A stretch of 64,000 bases of DNA from Bacteroidota bacterium (GCA_963169535.1 CAUJED010000043.1:237-64236), one strand, 5' to 3'; counted from the stretch's first letter, positions 16,239 to 25,569 are shown. A program made the numbers and translations. The notes: generated from the sequence alone by a model not told the origin.

Positions 16239-18629
16239 TCAGCGTTCCACGTGCAGCTTACCCGCGCCTTGGGCGGCTCCGGAAAGCTGGTAGAAGTACG
16301 CTCCAGCGCTCATCGCCTGGCGCTCGATCAGGAACCGGCCAGCACCGCTCTTGTCGCTCTGCTGCTGTACGATCCTACCCTGCAGGTCGGTGATGGTGAG
16401 GTGCACAACACCGCCAGAGACCGGTGGATACAGCAAGGTGGTCTGTTCGGTGAAGGGGTTGGGGAACACCCGGATACCATCGGTCTGCGAGCGTTCACCC
16501 ACGCCGGTGATGGTGGCGCAGGCGTTCTCCAGTCGGGTGATCGCGTTGTGGTAATTCTCGTTCACCACATCGATCACTTCGGCGATGCAGATGGTGGGCT
16601 CCGCATTGGTGAAATGAACCCGGCATAAGGGCTTGTAGTCCGGTCCGCGTTGGATGGTGCTGTCCACATCGCTGAGGCACATCAGATGGCCTGTGCCGAA
16701 TCCATAGGCCGGTACCGCCGGGTATTCGGCTTGGTCGTAGAGGCTTTCCACCCCCGTGATCTGTACGCCGCTCAAGCGCAGTTCATAGCCCAACAGGCGG
16801 CGGTTCGCGTTCCGCACGTGGATGTCCATCCAACCCTCGGTCATGTCCAGGGCCCCGATGGTGAAGCTCACCGTGTCGAAGGGGTTGATGATCTCGTTGA
16901 ACGGGAAGTTGCAGTGGTCGTGTACCGCTGCACTATCGGGGGGGTGGTTGTACAGGTTCCAGTAATTGCAGAACGACATCAGGGCCGCATCGGTCACCGT
17001 GAGGTTGCCGTCCTGGTCGATGTCGTTGCAGGGTACCGGGGTAAGGTCGTTCCCAAGGATACCCGTCTCGTAATAGTTCACGTCCAGCGTATTCTGGTAG
17101 CCATCGGTGTTCAGGTCTCCGATCAGGGCCGTGCCGGCGCAATTGCCCATGCAGTCCATCTGGGCGGGGCCGTAGATCTGTCCCAAGCAATCCACGTAGG
17201 GGTCGCAGTCATTGTCCACGGTTACCGTAAGGGTGGGGGTGCGGTCGATGTTGATACACACCTGTGCCCAGTTGTTGAAGTGGTTGCTCTCCACGCGGCC
17301 CAAGGCATCGGGGTCGTTGTCCCAGTTGGTGCGCACCACCAGGGTGTAGGTGCCCTCGGCCACACCCGTGATATCGATCCAGTTACAGCTGGTGCCACTT
17401 CCGTAGACGTCCGCACAACCCGCACTGATCCCCATGTTGCCGCAGCCGTATTGGCCCGTGCCACCACCGGCGCAGTCAACATCCATCACGCAGAATCCGT
17501 TCTTGAAGCCCACGGCGAGTTCCTGTCCATTGGCATCATAGAGCAGGTATTCCGCATAGCCTTTGTAGTGCGTGTGGCCATGGCAGTTCTGGAATTCGAA
17601 CTGGTCCGGGTTCGCGCTGGGCGAACCGATGTAATAATCCAGTTCGCCGATGTTGGCGATACGCGTGTCGAATCGGAGGATCTCGCGTGTGCCGTAGCCC
17701 GTGAGGCAGCCTTCGGCGATGTAGCAGTTGCCTTGGCTGATCGTGGTGCTGGAAAGGTTCAGGGAGGTGGTGAGGCGGCCTTGATCAATGATCAGGTCGG
17801 GGGCTTGAGGGCAATCCACGCTGCCCCATGCGATACAGCTGCCATCGTCCACCGTGGCCAACGGGTCGAAGTTGCATGAGGTGGGATCGGTGCAGCCGGA
17901 GATCGGCCCGAAGTAACCGATGGACCAATCGATCGGGTCACTGCCACACGAGGTGCTTTCCCCCCCGATCCGGACCCAGATCACATCGCCCACAGCCAGG
18001 TTGGCCAGCAATTCGGCCTGTGGACCGCTCATGCAACCACTTTCGGCGAAATACATGGTCCCAGCAGGGCTATCGTCCGGCACCAGGCCCGTGCAGTGGT
18101 CGTACACCCAGATCCGTGTGTCGCAATCGGCCAGGCCACAAGTGGTGATCAGGTATTGCCCGCTGGTGCCGGCCGTGAAGTGGTACCACGTGTTACGCGC
18201 TGGGGCCGTGTGGGGGCCTTCGCCGATCACGATCGGATTGCCGCAACTGAAGCCCGGAGGGCAGTTCAGCTCGGTCACCTGGCTGTAGTTGTAGTTGTTA
18301 CCGTGGGCCGCCCCCCCGCTGGCGATGGTCGTCCCGTCCAAGGTAACCACGTACCCCCCTTGCCCGATCAAACCATCACCGTACGAGTCGAGCATGGTGA
18401 AGATCATGCATTCGCCACTGGGGACGCACAACGTGCCCCCCTGGGCATTGCCGGAGGCGAAGACCTCGCCACTAAGGGTCACATTCCAGCTGATCTCGTT
18501 GGGCCAGTTGTCCGGAGTGATACTGATGATCATTTCACTCTGCCCTGCCGGACAGCCACCGCCGGGGCCAGCCATGGTGGAGTAGGGCAAGAGAGCCAAC
18601 GTGGCAAGGAGTAAGGGTCTCACTTCCAT
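16239..18629 (-). CDS. T9SS-secreted multidomain protein with a lysyl-oxidase-like catalytic domain
   Basis: 796 aa. Signal peptide; DSYGDG module (aa 26-105); LOX-like core at aa ~275-462 (FQNCHGHTHY, GFKNGFCVMDVDC, GCADVYGSGTSCNWIDITGVAEGTYTLVV); dockerin/EF-hand-like DLNTDGYQNTLD and DIDQDGNLTVTD; T9SS CTD tail (RVFPNPFTEQTTLLY...GAYFYQLSG...KLHVER). Confidence 0.85.
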   Translation of the reverse strand: MEVRPLLLATLALLPYSTMAGPGGGCPAGQSEMIISITPDNWPNEISWNVTLSGEVFASGNAQGGTLCVPSGECMIFTMLDSYGDGLIGQGGYVVTLDGTTIASGGAAHGNNYNYSQVTELNCPPGFSCGNPIVIGEGPHTAPARNTWYHFTAGTSGQYLITTCGLADCDTRIWVYDHCTGLVPDDSPAGTMYFAESGCMSGPQAELLANLAVGDVIWVRIGGESTSCGSDPIDWSIGYFGPISGCTDPTSCNFDPLATVDDGSCIAWGSVDCPQAPDLIIDQGRLTTSLNLSSTTISQGNCYIAEGCLTGYGTREILRFDTRIANIGELDYYIGSPSANPDQFEFQNCHGHTHYKGYAEYLLYDANGQELAVGFKNGFCVMDVDCAGGGTGQYGCGNMGISAGCADVYGSGTSCNWIDITGVAEGTYTLVVRTNWDNDPDALGRVESNHFNNWAQVCINIDRTPTLTVTVDNDCDPYVDCLGQIYGPAQMDCMGNCAGTALIGDLNTDGYQNTLDVNYYETGILGNDLTPVPCNDIDQDGNLTVTDAALMSFCNYWNLYNHPPDSAAVHDHCNFPFNEIINPFDTVSFTIGALDMTEGWMDIHVRNANRRLLGYELRLSGVQITGVESLYDQAEYPAVPAYGFGTGHLMCLSDVDSTIQRGPDYKPLCRVHFTNAEPTICIAEVIDVVNENYHNAITRLENACATITGVGERSQTDGIRVFPNPFTEQTTLLYPPVSGGVVHLTITDLQGRIVQQQSDKSGAGRFLIERQAMSAGAYFYQLSGAAQGAGKLHVER

Positions 18630-18718
18630 CGATCACAGGTTTTGGTTCCACAAGGTCGTGGATCATATTGACGTAAGGTAGACCAGGATCGGCGTCTCGG
18701 TTGAAAAGCCGACCGATC

Positions 18719-21016
18719 TTACCGCACTTCGATCTCATCCAGGAACATCCACGCCGGGTTGCCCGCACCTGGATCACCTACGGGAATGGTGTTGATGGCC
18801 GTCACCGCGACACGCACGTAACGTGCCTTCGCCTGGCTATCGACGCTGAACGCATTGCGGCCACCCCTCTCCAGGCCTTGAGCCCTGCCGAACGGGGTGA
18901 AGGTGCTGCCGTTCAGGCTGGTGCTGAAGTCCACGGCCGAAGGCAGATGGATCCAGCTGTGAGGGTCATTCCATGCACCGATGCCGATGTGACGCACGTC
19001 CTGTACGCTGCCCAGGTCCACCGTGAGGGTGACGCTTTCCTTCCAGCCCAGCCACTCGGTATTCACGCGCCTCTCCTGCGCGGTGATGCCATCCACCAGG
19101 GTGAAGGCCCCTCCTTCGTTATAGCGTTCGTTCGGTTGAACACTGATGGTGATGGGACGGGCGGTGGCTTTGTTGAAGCGGAATGTTCGCTTGGCGCGTG
19201 GCATGGTGCTCCATCCATGGTCGGGGTCATCGGTAGCCACACAGGCCACCAGGGTACAGTTGTTCCGGATCGCGATGGGACCGGTGGTCTGGTCGGTATG
19301 GTTCACTTGGAGGTCGTCCTTGGGGGCGGGTGTCTCAGCCCCCATCACTTCTTCGTTCAGCTCGTAGCGGAATGTCTGGCCTTCCCGGCTGCCGATGAAC
19401 TCCACGTCGATGCTGCCGTCTGTGCTCCCCTGCCGGGGCTTGAGGCGTACCTGGTATAGGCTCTTGCTGACATTCACATCCAGGGCCTCCAGCCTGTGGA
19501 ATTCGCTTTCCAGCCGCTCGATGAAGTTCTTCTCATCCCGTGCCTCTTTCGGTGTCCACAGCACTTCGGCCAGTGCCAGCATACGCGGCACGACCATATA
19601 CTCGACGTGTTCGGGCGTAAGGATGTACTCCGTCCAAAGGTTGCCCTGTGCACCGAGGATGTACTTGTGTTCTTCGGGTTTCAGTTCGGCCGGGATGGGC
19701 TCATAGCTGTACACCTTCTGCAACGGCGTGTAGCCGCCGATCGCCAGCGGTTCGTTGGCGGGGTCGCCCTGGTAGTGGTCGAAATAGCAATGGCTGCCGG
19801 GGCTCATCACAGCATAGTGCCCGCTGCGCGCCGCTGCGATGCCGCCTTCCGTTCCGCGCCAGCTCATCACGGCCGCGTTGGGTGCCAAGCCGCCTTCCAG
19901 GATCTCGTCCCAGCCGATGATCTTCCGGCCCTTGCTGTTCACGAACCGCTCAATGCGTTGGATGAAGTACGACTGCAGTTCGTGCTCATCCTTCAGGTTC
20001 CCGGCCTTCATCCGCGCCTGGCACTTCGCGCAGACCTTCCAGGCCTCCTTGGGGCATTCATCCCCCCCGATGTGGATGACCTCGCTGGGAAAGAGCGCCA
20101 TCACTTCGGTAAGCACATCCTCCAGCATGGCGAACACGCTGTCGTTGCCCGCGCAGAACACGTCCTCGAACACACCCCAACCCCTGTTCACCTCGTACGG
20201 GCCACCCGTGCAGCCCAAGTGGGGGTAGGCCGCCAGCGCTGCCAAGGCGTGTCCCGGCATCTCGATCTCGGGCACCACATTGATGTGCCGTGCCGCCGCA
20301 TAGGCCACCACCTCGCGGATCTGGTCCTGGGTATAGAAGCCACCGTAGGGGATGCTGTCGTATTGGAGTTTGGCATACGGCCCCACCTGACTGCCTTTTC
20401 GCCATGCGCCCACCTCGGTGAGCCGCGGGTGCTTCTTGATCTCGATCCGCCAGCCCTGGTCATCCGTCAGGTGCCAGTGGAAGCTGTTCATCTTGTACCG
20501 CGCCAGCAGGTCGATGTACTTCTTGGTGAACTCCACCGACCAGAAGTGGCGGCAGGGGTCCAGGTGCATGCCCCGCCACGGGAAGCGTGGGAAGTCGGTG
20601 ATGCTCAAGCAGGGTATGGAGCCGGTATCCAGTCCTTGTTCGAGCAACTGGACCAAGGTGCGACTGCCGCGAAAGAGCCCGGCTTCGGTAGGCGCGGTGA
20701 TCGCAATGCCTTGTGGCATGACGGTGAGGGCGTACCATTCGGGTGGTAGCAAGGTGTCCGGAGTGAACAGGGCGAGATCGATATTGATCGCGTGTTCGCA
20801 GCCGATGGGCTTGCGTTGTTGGGGCAGGGTGGCGAGTTCGGTGCGAAGCAGTTGCGCAATACGCTCCGGAGCATCCTTGACCACCCAGCCGCAGGTCAGG
20901 TCGCATGCACCGGGTTTCGTGCTCAACTCCACCGGTCGCGGGATCAGAACGGGCTGCGGGGGCTGCTGGGCCGAGGCTTGCACGGTCGCTAGGAGCAGAA
21001 GGGGGATCAGACGCAT
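18719..21016 (-). CDS. Beta-N-acetylhexosaminidase (GH20) with C-terminal F5/8 type C (discoidin)-like domain
   Basis: Track ORF extends to 21223. The signal peptide MRLIPLLLLATVQASAQQ starts at ATG 21016. MNSFHWHLTDDQGWR and IHIGGDECP are GH20 motifs. The tail ends ...ARYVRVAVTAINTIP...AWMFLDEIEVR. Confidence 0.93.
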   Translation of the reverse strand: MRLIPLLLLATVQASAQQPPQPVLIPRPVELSTKPGACDLTCGWVVKDAPERIAQLLRTELATLPQQRKPIGCEHAINIDLALFTPDTLLPPEWYALTVMPQGIAITAPTEAGLFRGSRTLVQLLEQGLDTGSIPCLSITDFPRFPWRGMHLDPCRHFWSVEFTKKYIDLLARYKMNSFHWHLTDDQGWRIEIKKHPRLTEVGAWRKGSQVGPYAKLQYDSIPYGGFYTQDQIREVVAYAAARHINVVPEIEMPGHALAALAAYPHLGCTGGPYEVNRGWGVFEDVFCAGNDSVFAMLEDVLTEVMALFPSEVIHIGGDECPKEAWKVCAKCQARMKAGNLKDEHELQSYFIQRIERFVNSKGRKIIGWDEILEGGLAPNAAVMSWRGTEGGIAAARSGHYAVMSPGSHCYFDHYQGDPANEPLAIGGYTPLQKVYSYEPIPAELKPEEHKYILGAQGNLWTEYILTPEHVEYMVVPRMLALAEVLWTPKEARDEKNFIERLESEFHRLEALDVNVSKSLYQVRLKPRQGSTDGSIDVEFIGSREGQTFRYELNEEVMGAETPAPKDDLQVNHTDQTTGPIAIRNNCTLVACVATDDPDHGWSTMPRAKRTFRFNKATARPITISVQPNERYNEGGAFTLVDGITAQERRVNTEWLGWKESVTLTVDLGSVQDVRHIGIGAWNDPHSWIHLPSAVDFSTSLNGSTFTPFGRAQGLERGGRNAFSVDSQAKARYVRVAVTAINTIPVGDPGAGNPAWMFLDEIEVR

Positions 21017-21020
21017 GGGG

Positions 21021-21028
21021 CAAAGGTG
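21021..21028 (-). promoter_or_regulatory. Variant -7 box CACCTTTG abutting the GH20 start (leaderless candidate)
   Basis: Minus strand CACCTTTGCCCCATG. The box G is 5 nt before the A of ATG 21016. Confidence 0.4.
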
Positions 21029-21045
21029 GCGAAGTACAATGGTCT

Positions 21046-22104
21046 TCAGACCGTCGGTCCTGGATGGTTCGCGGACCGGCGCTTCACCTCGAGGCCAGCA
21101 AGCACCACCAGAGCCACCGCCGCGCCCAACAGCGTGTCGTACCACCGGCCCTGCACGGTAGCGGAGGGGTTGAGTCCCTGGCCGAACGTGGCCAGCATGA
21201 GCGCCAGTGGGGTGATGAAGCACAGGCCCAGGACATAGTTGCGGAAAATGACGACCTCGATGCCGAATTGAAGGACCATGACCATGGCCACGAGCACGAT
21301 CCCCTGTGGATGGAGGTGTGCCAGCCCTGTGAACAGGAGCAGCCCGAGCAGGGTGCCGGCCACACGCTGGACCACGCGCACCAAGGTGAACGAACGGTCG
21401 TAGGCGCCCTGCAGTATGGCGATGGCCGTGATCACCACCCAGTGAAGGCGGAAGGCATCGAGGTGTATGCTGGCCAGGCAGGCCAGGGCCACGCCGGCCG
21501 TGACGCGTCCTACGTTCCGCCTCACACTACGATCCATCTGGAAGGCCAGCGAACGCGTGGTCGGGTGGGCGCTACCGACCGCAAGGGCACCCGGCAGTTT
21601 GGCCGAGATCAGAATGGGGACGAAGGACAGTACCGCACCCGAGGTCACCAGCACAGGGATGACGGCTGGTTCCATTCGTTGGCCCACTTGTGCGGAGATC
21701 GCGGCCGCCAGCACGAAGAGCATGGTGCCGGGTGGCCCCAGTCGGGTGCCCCAGGCCAGGGTGCCCGCCCCGGCCGTGACCCCGATCAGGATGACCGACG
21801 TCCACCACGGGTCGTGCGCTACGGCAGCCCCCAGCGAGGCACAAGCGATGAACCCGAGGGCGACCACGGGCAACAAGTGCAGTTGCTGCCGAAGTGGCCG
21901 GTCGGTGCCGTACAGCGCTGTGAAGCCCCCCAAGGCGGCGACAAGGCCCTGCTCGGACCGGCCCCACACGGTGAGGACCAACAGGGGCAGGCCGATCGCC
22001 AGGGCCGCACGCAGGCCTGCGGACCACCGCCAGTCGCCCGGCTGGATCCGCACGGCATGGTGTACCGTGCGGCGGGTGCGGGGGAGGCGCAGGCGTTTCG
22101 TCAC
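21046..22104 (-). CDS. FUSC-like (aromatic acid exporter family) integral membrane protein
   Basis: 352 aa, ~10 hydrophobic helices. N-terminal pattern WRWSAGLRAALAIGLPLLV...GLVAALGGFTALY is typical of the FUSC family. GTG start; no nearby ATG. Confidence 0.6.
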   Translation of the reverse strand: MTKRLRLPRTRRTVHHAVRIQPGDWRWSAGLRAALAIGLPLLVLTVWGRSEQGLVAALGGFTALYGTDRPLRQQLHLLPVVALGFIACASLGAAVAHDPWWTSVILIGVTAGAGTLAWGTRLGPPGTMLFVLAAAISAQVGQRMEPAVIPVLVTSGAVLSFVPILISAKLPGALAVGSAHPTTRSLAFQMDRSVRRNVGRVTAGVALACLASIHLDAFRLHWVVITAIAILQGAYDRSFTLVRVVQRVAGTLLGLLLFTGLAHLHPQGIVLVAMVMVLQFGIEVVIFRNYVLGLCFITPLALMLATFGQGLNPSATVQGRWYDTLLGAAVALVVLAGLEVKRRSANHPGPTV

Positions 22105-22160
22105 AGGGTGCTAAGTTCGGGCTTTGAAGTACAGCCGGTTGTGGATCCAGGAGGATCATC

Positions 22161-22168
22161 TATATTTG
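22161..22168 (+). promoter_or_regulatory. -7 promoter box TATATTTG for rpsP
   Basis: Exact TAnnTTTG, with a TTG 19 nt upstream (22139-22141). Part of a 16-nt string identical to the tRNA-Met promoter. Confidence 0.7.
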
Positions 22169-22170
22169 CC

Positions 22171-22190
22171 GCCCCTTACCGATAAGGGGC
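22171..22190 (+). promoter_or_regulatory. 5'-proximal stem-loop in the rpsP leader
   Basis: gcccctta-ccga-taaggggc, an 8-bp perfect stem with a tetraloop. Starts 3 nt after the -7 box, i.e. at about the predicted transcript 5' end. Confidence 0.55.
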
Positions 22191-22209
22191 TAAAAACAAC
22201 GACCGCGAC

Positions 22210-22740
22210 ATGCCAACTCGCATCCGCCTTCAGCGTAAAGGCAAGAAAGGCCGGCCCTTCTACCACCTGGTGGTGGCCGATTCCCGCGCACCCCGCGATG
22301 GAAAGTACATCGAACGGATCGGCGCCTACGATCCCAACCAGAACCCTGCGTTCATCGAGATCAATGATGACAAGGCGCTCAGCTGGCTCCAGAAGGGTGC
22401 CCAGCCCAGCGATACCTGCCGCGCCATCCTCAGCTATACCGGGGTGATCTATAAGAACCACCTGGCCGGTGGTGTGAAGAAGGGCGCTTTCGATCAGGCC
22501 GAGGCCGATCGTCGTTTCGACATCTGGAAGAACGAGAAGAACGCCAAGATCGAAGGCAAGAAGAACAAGCTGGCCCAAGGTGCCGAAGCCGCTGCCAAGG
22601 CACGTGTGGAAGCTGAGACCAAGAAGGCCGCCGAACATGCGGCTGCTCTGAGCGCCAAGCTCGCTGCCGCCGCTGCTGCCGCTGAACCCGCAGCTGCACC
22701 TGCAGAGGGCGAGGCACCGGCCGAGGCCGCTGCCGAGTGA
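22210..22740 (+). CDS. rpsP: 30S ribosomal protein S16 with Ala/Lys/Glu-rich C-terminal extension
   Basis: MPTRIRLQRKGKKGRPFYHLVVADSRAPRDGKYIERIGAYDPN. Long tail as in other Bacteroidota. Confidence 0.95.
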   Translation: MPTRIRLQRKGKKGRPFYHLVVADSRAPRDGKYIERIGAYDPNQNPAFIEINDDKALSWLQKGAQPSDTCRAILSYTGVIYKNHLAGGVKKGAFDQAEADRRFDIWKNEKNAKIEGKKNKLAQGAEAAAKARVEAETKKAAEHAAALSAKLAAAAAAAEPAAAPAEGEAPAEAAAE

Positions 22741-22759
22741 TCCGCACGACATTTCAGTA

Positions 22760-22798
22760 GGACCCGCGCATCGCCAGGTGCGCGGGTCCTTGCTTTCC
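22760..22798 (+). terminator. Hairpin terminator/attenuator between rpsP and rimM
   Basis: 11-bp perfect stem ggacccgcgca/tgcgcgggtcc, loop tcgccagg, then ttgctttcc. Confidence 0.65.
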
Positions 22799-22893
22799 GA
22801 GGTATGCCCCACGACCCGATGAAGTGGCGCGTATGAGGCTCCGGCAGGGCCGTGGCCACCGTTTCTTCGCTGCCGCCGCAGTACCTTTCCCCC

Positions 22894-23421
22894 ATGGATC
22901 TCGATAGCCTCCGACGCATCGGTAAGTTGGGCAAACCCTGGGGGCACCGGGGCGAGCTCACCGTGCAGCTCGAGGGATGCGACCCCGATGAACTGGTCCA
23001 TGCCGGCGCCCTCTTCGTGGACATCGAAGGGCAGAAGGTGCCGTTCTTCTTCACCGCCCTGCACGACAAGGGACGCGAGACCCTGGTGAAGTTCGACGAT
23101 TTCCACGATCCGCAGAGCGCATCCATCCTTGTGGGGCGCGACCTCTACGCGCCGCCCGGCCTCCTGGTCGATGGCAGCGACGAGAGCTGGGATCCCGAGG
23201 AGTTCATCGGCATGGTGGTACGCGATGAAGAGCATGGTGACCTGGGTGAGGTGACCGGCATCGAAGGTTCCGCCAAGAACCCGGTGCTGGTGATCCTGCA
23301 TGGCGAGGAGGAGGTGATGGTGCCCTTGGCCGAGGAGATGATCCTGGGGATCGATCCAGAGTCCAATACCTTGTTGGTACGCACGCCGCCCGGGTTGGTG
23401 GCCATGTATCGGGAGCGATAG
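22894..23421 (+). CDS. rimM: 16S rRNA processing protein RimM
   Basis: Track start 22852 is GTG; ATG 22894 gives MDLDSLRRIGKLGKPWGHRGELTV. C-terminal PRC-barrel-like region. Conserved position after rpsP. Confidence 0.9.
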   Translation: MDLDSLRRIGKLGKPWGHRGELTVQLEGCDPDELVHAGALFVDIEGQKVPFFFTALHDKGRETLVKFDDFHDPQSASILVGRDLYAPPGLLVDGSDESWDPEEFIGMVVRDEEHGDLGEVTGIEGSAKNPVLVILHGEEEVMVPLAEEMILGIDPESNTLLVRTPPGLVAMYRER

Positions 23422-23424
23422 CGG

Positions 23425-24135
23425 ATGCCCAAACCAACCTTCCGTTTCAAGCAGTTCACCATCCACCAGGATCGCTGTGCCCTGAAGGTGGGTACCGATG
23501 GTGTCCTCTTCGGGGCCTGGGTGCATTTCGGAACGGCCCGGAGCATTCTCGATATCGGAACGGGTACCGGGGTGTTGGCGCTCATCGCCGCGCAACGCAC
23601 CACTTCGGCGACCATCGATGCCGTGGAGATCGATGACGCTTCCGCCGAACAAGCCGCGGAGAACGTGGCGGCCAGCCCCTGGAGCGACCGCGTACGGGTG
23701 CATCGCTTGGATGTGCGCCGCATGGTGGCCAATGCACCATTCGACCTGATCCTTTGCAACCCGCCGTACTATGCCGGTTATTCCGCTGCCGCCGATGCGC
23801 GTGTGGGCGTGGCCAAGCACAGCGATGAGCTCCTGTTCACCGATCTGGTCGCCGTGGTGAAGAGGTCCTTGGCACCGGAAGGGAGCTTCGCCGTGATCAT
23901 CCCCTTGCACCGGGAGCAGGAGCTTGGGGCATTGGTCGCCACCATCGGTCTGCGGCCCACCCGCCGCTGTGTGGTGCGCTACGTGGCCCATCGCCCGCCG
24001 AAGCGCGTGCTGCTCCAATTCGACCGGAGTGGTACGCCGCTGCACGAGGAGGAACTCATCGTGGAGAACACCGGGCCGTTCGACTACACGCCGAAGTACC
24101 GCGCACTGATCGCCGATCTGATGCTGGGGTTCTGA
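23425..24135 (+). CDS. tRNA (adenine-N6)-methyltransferase, TrmN6/YfiC-like
   Basis: FKQFTIHQDRCALKVGTDGVLFGAW, SAM motif ILDIGTGTGVLAL, catalytic LILCNPPYY (NPPY). Confidence 0.8.
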   Translation: MPKPTFRFKQFTIHQDRCALKVGTDGVLFGAWVHFGTARSILDIGTGTGVLALIAAQRTTSATIDAVEIDDASAEQAAENVAASPWSDRVRVHRLDVRRMVANAPFDLILCNPPYYAGYSAAADARVGVAKHSDELLFTDLVAVVKRSLAPEGSFAVIIPLHREQELGALVATIGLRPTRRCVVRYVAHRPPKRVLLQFDRSGTPLHEEELIVENTGPFDYTPKYRALIADLMLGF

Positions 24136-24225
24136 TGCCGACCCACGGAAGGGGCCAGACCATTGATGTGAGGCCTGGGCGAGCATGACCCTTCAGGGGA
24201 CGTGCCCCCTTGATCCCGGCCGGGG

Positions 24226-25569
24226 CTATGCCTCCACCTCCTCTTCCGTGAACGTGATACCCAGCTTTTCCAGCTCATTCAGCACAGGGTCGTAGATCTC
24301 CCGTTTCAGCGGCAGGATCACGCCACGGTCCGCGATGCCACCATTCAACAGCAGTTTGGCGCCGATGGCGATCGGGAGCCCCACGGTACGGGCCATCGCC
24401 GTGTACACCTGATCTTCTCCGATCACCCCGAGCGAGGCATGTATGGCCTGGTGTTGCCCTTCCACCGTATAGCGGAACCGGTGCCACATCACCACCATGT
24501 CCTTGTCCTGCGGGCCGAGCTTCCATTTCTGTTCGAGCAGGTGTTGCAAGGTTGCCGCCGGAGAGCGTCCGCTCACGCCAATGGGGTTCTTCTTGTCGAA
24601 CATCCCCAGCCAATCCAGCTTCTTCATGGTGTCTCCATCCTCCGCCAGACCCAGGTACCGGGCCAGGTTCCCACGGGTGCCACATTCCTGGCAGTGGGGT
24701 AGGAAAGCGTCGAGGTATTCGTTCCAGCTCGCCTGCGCCGGAAGCTCCATCGCGAACCCATCCTCGGTGCAGCCCAGTTGCACGAACACGTCCCAAGCCT
24801 CGCAATAGCCCGCTTTCCGCAACGTGCCGCGCAGCAGGGTGGGGATATCGTCCAGTCCGTAATGCGAGCGGTACTTCAGCGAGTCCCGGTTCGCGTAGCC
24901 ATCGAACTCACCGAAGCCGTCCACGGCCACGCGCACGGTCTGCCGAAAGAGTTTGTGGTAGGGTATGTACTTCGTTTCGCCATCCCGGATGTATTTGGCG
25001 GCGCCACCCTGTCCCGCCAGTACCACATTGCGCGGGTTCCAACTGAATTTGTAGCCCCAGGGGTTGTCGTCGCTTGCGGGGGCCACCAGCCCGCCGCAAT
25101 AGCTTTCGAAGGCTTCCATGCGCCCTCCCTCGCCACGGATACGGTCCAGGATCCGCATGGCGCTCATGTGGTCGATACCGGGATCAAGTCCCATCTCGTT
25201 CAGCACGGTCAACCCGGCGGCCTTGAAGTCCGCGTCCAGGGCCCAGAGCGCGTCGGGGACGTAACTCGGCGTGATCACGTGCTTCTTCAGCCGCAGGCAG
25301 TCGGTGAGCACATCCATGTGCATGAACGCCGGCAGCATGCTGATCACCAGGTCGTGCTTGGCGATGAGGGCTGCACGGGCCGTTCCATCCGTGGCGTCCA
25401 AGGCGAAGCCCGTGGCCACCGAAGGCCCTTCGGCCACCAACATGGCGGCATGCGAAGGGTCTTTGTCGGCCACGGTGATGCGCCACTGTTGGTCGGCGGC
25501 ATGCTGGATCAGATAGCGGATCAGTGAAGAGGCGGATCGACCGGCGCCGAGGATGAGAAGGCTGCGCAT
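24226..25569 (-). CDS. Saccharopine dehydrogenase family protein
   Basis: ATG at 25569 (MRSLLILGAGRSASSLIRYL, Rossmann GxGxxA). Central LNEMGLDPGIDHM and C-terminal homology pattern. The track start 25617 adds 16 unsupported codons. Confidence 0.88.
   Translation of the reverse strand: MRSLLILGAGRSASSLIRYLIQHAADQQWRITVADKDPSHAAMLVAEGPSVATGFALDATDGTARAALIAKHDLVISMLPAFMHMDVLTDCLRLKKHVITPSYVPDALWALDADFKAAGLTVLNEMGLDPGIDHMSAMRILDRIRGEGGRMEAFESYCGGLVAPASDDNPWGYKFSWNPRNVVLAGQGGAAKYIRDGETKYIPYHKLFRQTVRVAVDGFGEFDGYANRDSLKYRSHYGLDDIPTLLRGTLRKAGYCEAWDVFVQLGCTEDGFAMELPAQASWNEYLDAFLPHCQECGTRGNLARYLGLAEDGDTMKKLDWLGMFDKKNPIGVSGRSPAATLQHLLEQKWKLGPQDKDMVVMWHRFRYTVEGQHQAIHASLGVIGEDQVYTAMARTVGLPIAIGAKLLLNGGIADRGVILPLKREIYDPVLNELEKLGITFTEEEVEA

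Noticed and set aside
22500-22740. Unusually long Ala/Lys/Glu-rich C-terminal tail on ribosomal protein S16
   Set aside because: Extended S16 tails are, to my knowledge, normal in Bacteroidota, so this is not novel on its own.
22156-24186. 676-aa minus-strand ORF spanning rpsP, rimM and the methyltransferase gene
   Set aside because: Antisense artefact. It crosses three well-supported plus-strand genes and their spacers and has no recognisable domain.
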